Shown in pieces: positions 54,090 to 64,000 of a stretch of 64,000 nucleotides of DNA; the stretch's first letter is position 1, and every line of letters begins with the position of its first letter. Under the pieces are notes generated by a model. That model ran no database searches and had not been told where the DNA came from. It was given only the letters and a program-made list of their open reading frames with translations. Where the stretch lies: assembly GCF_030463535.1 (NCBI RefSeq), contig NC_132885.1, positions 19,729,786 through 19,793,785 on the forward strand. Reading direction: 5' to 3'. A program made the position numbers and the translations under genes. Source of the stretch: Salminus brasiliensis (Eukaryota).

Positions 54090-55330
54090 ACAATGCATTC
54101 GGAAAAGTCTTCAGACTTTATTTTATTTTTTACATTTTATGTTGAGGCCTTGTGCTAAAATAATAATTAAAAAAGTTTCCCCCATTATTCTGCACTCAAT
54201 GTCCCTTAATGGCAGTAAGGTGAAAATAGAATTTTATTAAAAAGGAAAAACTGAAATTTCACATGGACACAAGTATTCAGATCATTTGCTAGGCCCCTGG
54301 AACTTTAGCCCTGGGGGTCTCCCATTTAACTTGATCATTTTTTTTTTTAGATGTTCCTACACCTTGTTTGGCCTATGGTAAATTTAATTGATTGGACATG
54401 ACTTGGAAAGACGCACTCCGGTCTACATAACTATATTACAGCTAAAGCCACGAGGAAGAAAAGAACTGCCTGTAGAGCTCACAGAGAGGATTGTGTGACG
54501 GCATAGATCTGGAGAAGGTTCCCAAGAGCGTGGAGGTCTCCAAAAATCCTAAATGGGAGAAGTTTGGAACAACCAGGTCTCTTTGTAAAGCTGGTTGTCC
54601 CACCAAACTACATAATCCAGGGTGAAGGACCTTGATAAGAGAGGTGACCAAGAACCCAATGGGCACTCTGACTGAGATCTGGTAAAGATCCTGTGTAGAG
54701 ATGGGAAAAACGTCCAGAAGGTCAACCATCACTTCAGCACTCTGGGTGCACCGATCTGTACTTCATGGCAGAGTGACCAGACTTTAAGCTTCTCCTCAGT
54801 AAAAGACACGAGACACAAGAGCACCTAAAGCACTCTCAGAATGTGAGAAACAAGATTCTCTGGTCTAATGAACCCAAGATTGACCTTTTTGCTGAACTTC
54901 TAGGAGTCATGACTGGAGGAAATCAGGTACTGCTCATCACCTCACAATACCATCCCTGTAGTGAGGCATGGCGGTGGTAGCATCATGCTGTGGGGGTGTT
55001 CGTCAGTGGCTGGGACAGGGAGACTGGCCAGGGTTGAGGGAAAGTACAGAAATATCCTTAATGAAAACGTGATCCAGAGCGCTCAGACCTCATTAAATGA
55101 CCCCAAAGAGCGACCTGCACACAAGCCCGCATGACCGCTGAAGAATAATGGTCATGTTGTACTGGTGGATCTACATATAGACTGTAATCAGTTTGGACAG
55201 TCCCTTGCCTGTTGTAAGTGATTATTCCCCAGTACTCCTTAAAGTTTCTCTGTGGAAATGTAGAACGTGACCTTAAAGTCTTATCAACTAATATCCTGAG
55301 AGTCCATGGCATTGAAGCTTGAAATTAATG
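54090..55330 (+). mobile_element. Tc1/mariner-like DNA transposon with decayed transposase ORF, 3' truncated
   Basis: Left TIR acaatgcattcggaaaagtcttcagac. From about 54440 the plus strand encodes, with stops and frameshifts, recognisable Tc1 transposase segments (..RKKELPVELRDRIVSRHRSGEGYQKIS..VPKNTVASIILKWKKFGTT..PAKLSNRGRRALVREVTKNPM.., ..[25 protein letters not shown]..). Motifs recalled from Tc1-family transposases. Confidence 0.65.
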
Positions 55331-56532
55331 TTGGATTTTCATTTCAAGGCCATCAGAAAAGTTAACTGGCTTGGAGAAAAGTGAACTTGTCTGTCCAACG
55401 AAATGTCTGCAGCCCTTATGATGTCCAAGATGTAATCACCCAAAACGCATGCATTTTAAAGAGGTTCATTTTCTGTTCACGTTCTGTAACTGGAGGAGTC
55501 TGATAACCTCTCGGTGTCGGTTCTGCGGAACTACGGACATGGCTGGACAGCGTAAGACCTTCTTTCCTTGCCGATGCTGTTCAGAGATTCCGGTTCCTCC
55601 TGTCACTTTACTCAGAACTGGAGCATTCGTCCTTTATTCCCTACAGATAATTTGCTCCCAAAGACATGTTAATCTGGAACAGCCCAGTGTAATTCTCGGA
55701 ACACAAATTGGACATCATAAGCACTTCCTTCAGAAAAATAATACACACAAAAGCGAGCCACCAGGCAATTAGCACCCCTGGTTGTAGTTCAAAGCCCACA
55801 TGATATAGTCTCTACTGGGGCTGACGTTTTAATTGCCCGGCTTTTCGCCTCCTTTCTCTACGTAGCATAAGCAGAGATGTGGGAGCTTTTGTGCTCGTAT
55901 AGGAAAGCCCTGTGATCTTCCTTTTTTTAACTATTATTCAGGAGATGATCAAGGACCCTTTTATCTCATTTGTACTGGAATGAACTCCATTCCTGGCTTG
56001 ACATTATTCTTCCGGTTCTTTTTCCTCAATCTCAAAAGACAGTTTTATATATCAGCCAGTTTGGGCGACAAACTCAGTGGCTGTTCCTTTCAGCATCCAG
56101 AAAGGCTTAGTGGCTGCTGGTCAGTTTGGCCGCAGCTACGGTGGCCACTCTCGCGCTATTAACAGTGGAGGGGACTCTCATTAATCTCAGCCTAAAAGAT
56201 GGCTGAGCGAGTGAGCCCACTGACTAATGGCTTTTGGCTTGCTGGTGCAGCGCTGTAGTGCTCTGGCTTTTCAAATGAGTACGCAAACTGAGCTGCCATA
56301 CCGAACACCCATCATGCTCACACCCAACCGACTCATCTTACCTCTTATTTGCTTCTTTGCCCAACCTGACAGTTTATGAGCCAGCGGAGAAAATGAAGTC
56401 TGAATAATGAAATCACCACACGGGTTGCCATGTGTGCCTTCACATTAGAGCAGCCTGAAAGCTGTCACCTAATGAAACTGGCAGAGATGCCGTCGAGAAA
56501 GAGCCGGGAGATGGAGAGCTGAGATTTGCATG

Positions 56533-56556
56533 GAGAGAGAGAGAGAGAGAGAGAGT
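56533..56556. repeat. (GA)12 microsatellite
   Basis: gagagagagagagagagagagaga. Confidence 0.9.
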
Positions 56557-59138
56557 TGAAGAGGGAAGCTGGAGCAGCGGCTGTTGTGGCGCTTATTGCT
56601 GCTGTTGTTACTCCCCAAATAACCTTGTTGAATCCAATTTGTTCTGTACAAGCAGTGTTTGGCATTTACAAAGGCTAACATTATGAGTGCCAATCAAGAT
56701 TCATTCGATATGATGGCCTTGATTTGTAGGCCGTCGAATGTTTGACGTGGACGACGTGTGCTCTCGGACTTGGGTGCGCTGCAGGCTGGCGTGGTATAAG
56801 AAGGTGAGGTCATAGAGTGTGCGGAGTTGGGCAGTGGGAGACCCGGGAGCGGGCCAGAACTGAGGAAATGGATACGCTTGAAAGAAACAGAGCAAACGAT
56901 GGATGGAACAGATGTTGAGGGATGAAGTGGAAATTGGACTCCAGGTTCAAAGCGTTTGCTTAAGACACTGGCGTAGTAGACAAAAGGCTGTGCGGACGAG
57001 AATGGAAAAAGTGCAATAAATAAATTGAGGATTATGACGAGTTGACAGTTATGACAGAAAGAGAAGGCGGTTGGATGGTTAGATTGCAGGGTGCGAGGTT
57101 TATTAGTGAGCTAGGCTGCTAGGCTCAGGTACAGTATGGACACATTAGCAGAGATGAGAGGCTGGAGGCTGCTGAATATTTTTAGAGTGATTTAGAGCTC
57201 GTGTCAGTAATGATGATAACACTGCAGGCCCTGCATAACATGACTGAGGGAGCTCTAGCACACTGCAGCTTTCAACAGCTGACACTGCTGTACCCTGTCG
57301 TAGCAGCAGGAGGTTCGTCTGCTGAAGTGTCTGGGCTGGAACAGTTATCCTATGGAATAAAAAAAAAAAAGGGGGATCTGTGTTTGAGCAGGCCGGAAGC
57401 AGAGGGTGCACTTGGATATAGGAGTGCTGATCCTTTTATATCCCAGTGAATGCAGTCAGAGTAAATGCAGAGTCCTGTCCTCTAGCCCTGCACTCCTGGC
57501 TCTGAGCTGACACCTTTTATGTATATACTTTCTCTGTTGCATCTACCAACAGATATCACTGGCCCTTTCCTTGTTTGCTGGGCTGAGAAATGGACTGAGC
57601 TGTGGACACACACTGAGCAAAACGATATTTTGCGAGCGAGAAAGAGAGAGTGTATTATGTAGCTGTCAGTGAGGCTGTAATGAAGACTTGGTATTGGTGT
57701 CTTGGTATTGTTCTTTTTTGCCTTGCTGAAAGTAAGGGGTAATTAGGCAGAGAAACACAGCCACCGACTCTCGGCAGCCACAGTTAGTAATTGGCCAAGC
57801 ACAGCGAGCAGTACCTGCGTTTTGGGGCTGTTTCACAGAAGGCAGTGGTTACTGCATTTGTGCTAATAAGTCAGACTTTTGTCTCCTCTGTCCATGGAAC
57901 ATTTTCAGTGTTGTGGTGCATCCAAGTGGACGGCCACTCCAAAGGAGAGCTGCAACAGTCCTGGATTTTCTCTATTTGTCCATTTGTCTGTCTGTTGGGT
58001 TGATGTACACCCAGGTCTTTAGCAATGCTCTTGTAGCGTTTTCCAGCTTAATGTCTTCTGAGGTCTTTTGAAAGTTGTGTTCATCAAGGCAGGGTTCACA
58101 GATAACCAGTATTTAAAAAGAACAGATCTGGCAGTGCACAGGCTTCTCTTGGAGAAGTCATTAACACCAAGTGCTCCTTACTTTTTCTAGCCTGCAGTGT
58201 GGATGTTTACTCTGTGTGCTCAATCCTGTAAAATCCTGTACAAGAATGTTTGTGTTTTATTAGTTTAGTTGGATTGTGTTTGTCTATAATTGTATTAGTA
58301 ATCTATAGTAGAAATCCAAGTAAATCCAAAGGGTTCCATTTTCTTCACTTTTGTCCTGCAACTGTATATCAGTAATGCGACCTGGTAAAACCTTATTATG
58401 TTTGGTCAGTAAATTTTGTTTTATTGCATTGAATGCCTTGATTTATCAGAATAGGACTGTGAGACAGGTGGGACTGCGGTTGGCTAAGATGCTAGCAACA
58501 TGGGGCATTGAACTGAGATAGGACCTGGATTTGCATACTGCATGTTTATGTGACCAACACTGCAATAACAGTTAAAGGGCCTATATAAGAAAATATTTCC
58601 GTTTGTAAATGGAGTGATTGTTACTGCATGTTCACATACTCCTGCTGAACTCCTTGTTTTTGTGATATCACACAAAGCACCGTGTTTATATACGTACATC
58701 CGCCTGCCTATAAGGTATAAGGAGCGTTTCAGCTTGGATTGCTTTTTAATGAGGCAGTATACAGAGCTCACAGTCAGGAAAAGGAATATTTGCATATCCG
58801 TCTTAAAGGCACAGTAACTAAAACAGCCTGTTTTAATTCAAGGGGCAAAGAGAAGGTGGAGTGTGTTATATTAAATGCATTATGATTGCTGGGAACATAT
58901 GGGGGTCTTAAATGAATATCAAGATCAAAATAATGAAGACCAATTGTAAAGCAAGCCCCCTGTTTCTCCATCGCATTGCACATGATCCCCATGTGTTTTT
59001 TTCCTGAATATAGAATATATATGATTTTCAACACATTCTCTAGAACTCCCTCAGGTAAATGCAAATCTATGTGCAAGTGGATATTAGGCCTCTGCTGTAT
59101 GGCAGCGAGTGCAGGTTCGTTTCTGTCATGAATGCTGA

Positions 59139-59327
<189 letters not shown>

Positions 59328-62258
59328 TAAGGTTGTGTCCAATTTTTTAAGGTTGAATAATCTGTCCCTGGTATCAGGTTATTATTGATTATTCACTGTG
59401 TGCCAGCAAGCTTGAAAAATCACCCCACTTCAGACGTCCCAGAAAAAAGGGGATTCATCACTTCAGCTTGAAGGAAAGGGCTTAGAATTGGCACAGGAGA
59501 TAGACGGCGGTGAAAGGTGTTGCTTAGATAACAGACATGAAATTTACTTTTAGTTTTCACACTGAAACAATAAAGCATCAACCTAATTTCCACCCCAATT
59601 ATAGTCATTTCTGATTCCCACCCAGTAGCTAGAACTCCGCCATGTGCTAGGAGAGTGAAAGCTAGCATGTGCTTCCTCAAAGGTTTCCAAGATTCTGTCT
59701 TGGACTTACTCCTAGACAGAGATGATTCTCTCCCCCTCCCCTCCTTTCTTCCCGCATTGGTAAGCACTAAAGTGCTGTGGCTAAGACGCGACTCGCTGAC
59801 TCATGAGTTGACAGCCATTTTCCACATTTTACATCATGTACTTCTCCACGAGCAGAGCAAGCAGGCCTGAAACCTGGGCAAGCTCTGAAAACGCTCGAGT
59901 TTTGCATTCTGTTTGAGTACGTTGGCACTGCGTGGACTTAAGCGTGGTAAGAGAGCAGTGAATATGACACATGGTGGTATCCAGGATACAGCACTAGCAC
60001 CATGGAAACAATGTAGACAGGGAGAGCTCTACCTACCACGCTGAAGAAAAGCCTCAAATGAGCAGGCAGGCTAAGGTTGAGCAGAAAATGGTAGGCAAAA
60101 TAACAGCCAGAGAATAGAGCCGTCCCAGAGAGAAGCCCCAGGGACCCCTTGATCCCCCGCTTTCAATATGGCACTGCCATTAAAGACACTTCTATCTGTC
60201 CATGCTCTCTCTGTCTACTGCTGTCTGTTCCACTATCTGTCTTTTTTTTTTTTTTTTTTTTTTCCCCTCTCCTTCATCAGATACGATGGAGTGCTGGTTT
60301 CTTTTTTTGCCCCATTGCAGAGCCTTTATGCCATCTTTTGTCTGGAGTCTGTAACATTAGTCTTGTCCTCCCTTGTCTTGTTCTTATTTCTGTTCTCGGC
60401 CTGGCTTTTTCTATACCTTGAGGTCCTCACATTTGGCTGTTTGGTATTGCAGGGGGTACACTAGTCTGAAGCTTTTCCTCGTTTCTTCCTCCCACACTTG
60501 TCGTTTCATCATTCTTTTGCCTTTTACATTTTCTTTTGACTTGCTGTGCCATGCCCTCTTTGTGTCTCTCTGACTGCTAATTATTGACCTTGTTCAGTTT
60601 GGCTCTGGACGTCAGCCAGTGCTGAGGGTCAGTAGGATCAAGGAAATTGATTATTTGGTTTGAAGAAGGAAAAAAGAAATCTGACATGCAGGAGCTGTAG
60701 ATAGAGATGTTGGAGGAATATGAGAGACGAACAGAGACCAGATGTAGACAAACCTTCGTTTGCTGCTTCCCACTTCAGCAGTCGGCTCTTGCCCCAGCAG
60801 TCTAATTCTGACTGGCGTTTCATTTGTATTATGTTGTCAGCTCTAGGCAGGAGGTACGTTTACCAGGGTCATTAGTGGTAACTACAATTAGGTCTTGTTT
60901 CTAGAAAAACATTTTCAAGAAAAGCTCTTTTAATGCTTTACTATTCATATTCCTTGGGTTGCATGATCAGAATTGGCCAGTTTATTGATTTTTTTTATCG
61001 TGAACATAATGTGAACCACGTGAGAGCTGCGGCTACAGCAGCTACCAGAATCACTTGATGTGACACAATTGAGTTCTGCTATTGAACTAAACCACCAGTG
61101 CTCCCGACACTAGGTGTTAAGGAGACTTAACACGACTCCTGCAACACAGGCAAAGCCAGCCACCACCTCTTTTTAAACTGCAGACAGTGTGGCCTCGCCG
61201 GGCAGCCGAGACACTCGGAGGAAGGCGCTAGTTCCCCAGCCCCGCCACACTAGCTAACCGACACCTGTGCTAGCCAACATCTCTTTAAGAGTGACGAGGG
61301 AAGAGAGCGCCATCTGCTGATGAGCAAGCGGCATGGCTTGGGATTCTTGCGACTCCTGGGCCATGGTGGCAGCACATTAGAGAACTACTGGCAACTTTTA
61401 AAGGAGGAGACATGCAGAAAGGCAGGAAAAACATCTTGTAAGTTGAGATGTCCATGTCAATTTATTGTCATTGAGCCTTGGGTGCCCTTAACCCTGCCAC
61501 TAGTGGTAACCACTTAGATTAGGTAGATATTAACTACTGCATACTATGATCACCCCACATGACCTGCCATCAGCCAGTTTTTCTGTTAAACAATCCAAAT
61601 TAACCATACAATGGTCAAAAGTGCTGCATGTCGAGTTTGTTAGCCTTTAAAGGTTGTGATGATTATAACCTTCATGAAAAAATAAAAAATAAACCTTGGC
61701 CAATCAGAAGTGAGCACCAAATGTGAAAAGTGTCACATCCAGACATCATAAATCCTCACACCCATGGGTTCTTTCTCTGGCTTTGAGCTCTGGCACTTAA
61801 CTCTACCCTAATTGCTGTGTATGCTTGGGGACAGAGCAGCTGCTTGACCTTAGCCTCCCACTGTTTGGCTCTTCGAGTACCTTGTGGTCACTTGGTGGTC
61901 AGGCACAAGCTATCTTCTCTCTCAAATTTTTTGCTGGCCTCTCCTATCCTCCAAGAGTTTGCTTCATATTTAGAACGTGCAAGTTTAAGTGTTTTTAGGA
62001 TTTTATAGTAGCTTTCATTTTCAGCAGAACTACGGGATCGTCTGCTCGCATGAATGTAAATGAGCAACTAAAACAACTAAAAATATCAGCTGCCGGCGCT
62101 TTGATTTTTGGAAGTCTGCAAGCCATTGATCTTGCGCTCAAATCCGACCGTTTGAATATATTTTTATAGAGACTCCACTGAGTGTGTCACTAAAGTTTAA
62201 AGACTGATTTAACGGGTCGTGATTAGGCTGCTGTACTGTGGTGAGTCACTGTTAGTGA

Positions 62259-62281
62259 CCCCCCCCCCCCCCCCCCCCCCC
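62259..62281. repeat. C23 homopolymer
   Basis: 23 consecutive C, followed by a (CT)/(TCTA) low-complexity stretch to about 62350. Confidence 0.95.
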
Positions 62282-64000
62282 TTCCTGTTTCTCTTGATCT
62301 TTCTATCTATCTATCTCTCTTCTGCTCTCTCTCTGTCTCTCCCCGCTGTGTGCGTGCTCTGCCTCTCTCTCTGATACCGTTGTGATGATGGATGAGGCTG
62401 CATGCCATCAGAATTAATTGTGGCGGTTAAACCAAAAGCTGAATTAATAGACCTTGGTTGGAGAACGGTCATATCTGAATTAATCTGGTCTGTGCACACT
62501 TTTGTCAGAATTAATAGACATGGTAAATGAAGGCTAAGCAAGGCGACCCGACTGAAACATGGTGTTGTCCTTTTTGATTAAAAGCAAGTTTAATCTGCTT
62601 CAGTAGACCTGTCTGAGGAACGGCTAAAGTTAAAGGCTGAAATGCTTTCCTGCTTTAAGAAGAATAGGTGGACACAGCAAGGAAGAGCTGTGCTGTTGGG
62701 TCATTTGGGGCTTGTTTTGGATCAGGGACCCATGTTGATCAGCTCCTCGGACACTTTGTAGTTCTATAATTACAGACTGTAGTCCATCTGTTTCGCTGCA
62801 TTCTTCGTTAGTCTCCTTGGTGGGTCATTCTCAGCAGGTGTGATAGTGTGTGTTGCTCTGCTGGTACCAGTGGATCAATCACAGCAGGGCTGCTGGAGTT
62901 TTTAAACAGTGTCCACTTACACTCTACGCTGTTAGGCAGAGTTAACTTGGAAACAGAACTCAGTTAGTGTTGGTCATCCTCCAGTCCTTCATCAGTGGTC
63001 ACAGGACGCTGGTGTCTGGACATTTCTGGTTGGTGGACTGATCTCAGTCCAGCGGTGATGCTGAAGTGTTTAAAAACTCAAGCAGCTCAAACTGCAACAG
63101 TGCAACACACCTCACTAACACACCACCACCAGGGTCAGTGTCACTGCAGTGCTCAGAATGACCCACCACCCAAATAATACCTGCTCTGTGGTGGTCCTGT
63201 GGGGTCCTGAGCATTAAAGAACAGAAACACTGAATGCAGAGGAACAGATGGACTACAGTCTGTAATTATAGAACTAGAGAGTGCTCCTATATGATAAGTG
63301 GAGCGGATATAACAGGCTGCCTTCGTTTTAAATCGTATTTATTTATTTATTTATTTATTTATATGGTTACTGGTTTATGGTAGGCACAACCAGATTGAGT
63401 TGAATCATACAGCCTGTATGGATACAAAGGATATAAGGATACAAACTCATCACACTGTAACCCAGGTCAGTTACTTAAGGGACATGTAAACTTGGAGACT
63501 GCATAAAACAGCAAAAAGAAGACAGCTCAGTACTGCGAAGCTAAAGAATACAGCATGTATACAAGACAGTTCTGGATGTGAGCAGACAGCAGCGATAAGT
63601 GTTTTCCCCCATCTACCCTCAGAATCAGCGGGACTTTGAAGCCCTGTCTCAGACCTGACACATGGTTATGTTCCTTCAGACGCTGAACTCTGGTGAACTT
63701 TTTTAACTGACAGCTGAGTGTACTTTTTGTGCAATGCCACTCATTGACGTTTGTTGTGAGTGAGCAGTCTGTTCTCATTGAAATCAAGATATAACAAGAT
63801 ATGTATAGATTTTATTGTTTGGTTTTCTCTCATGTCTCTTAGACCTGATTAGAGTGAGTATGCCTCTTAGTCAGCAGGGAAAGGCCTTCGTCACACATGG
63901 CATTAACACGCATCATTAGATGTGGCACATGTACTCAAGTACTTGGTTAACCGCTGGAGCTTTCAGTATTTGACCACTGAAATCATCAGTTGGGTGTTCT

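Overview
This window is vertebrate (teleost fish) nuclear DNA, not prokaryotic. It holds the 5' end of a plus-strand gene I identify as man1a2 (Golgi alpha-1,2-mannosidase IB, a type II membrane protein), based on remembered MAN1A2 protein sequence. Four coding exons are visible at about 1447-1716, 25565-25823, 42365-42461 and 59167-59285. The introns are very large (about 24 kb, 16.5 kb and 16.7 kb) and the gene continues past the 3' end of the window. The introns are a typical teleost repeat landscape: many (GT)n/(CA)n microsatellites, Tc1/mariner-like DNA transposon copies and fragments (one with a decayed transposase ORF), at least two tRNA-derived SINE copies, a minisatellite and several dispersed repeat pairs. 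I see no CRISPR array, operon, defense system or other prokaryotic-style novel system and do not claim one. The points most worth checking are: (a) an apparent 1-nt frame break in a C4 homopolymer between the conserved MTTPALLPLSGRRIP start and the conserved transmembrane segment of exon 1; (b) the in-frame exon1-exon2 junction needs a weak GTCATA donor, while a consensus GTGAGA donor 41 nt downstream is out of frame; (c) an AGCT/TAGC palindrome-rich low-complexity block in the CpG-rich 5' region; (d) four independent C/G/T homopolymers of exactly 23 nt, which suggests a technical length cap and bears on (a). All other six-frame ORFs look like non-coding noise.
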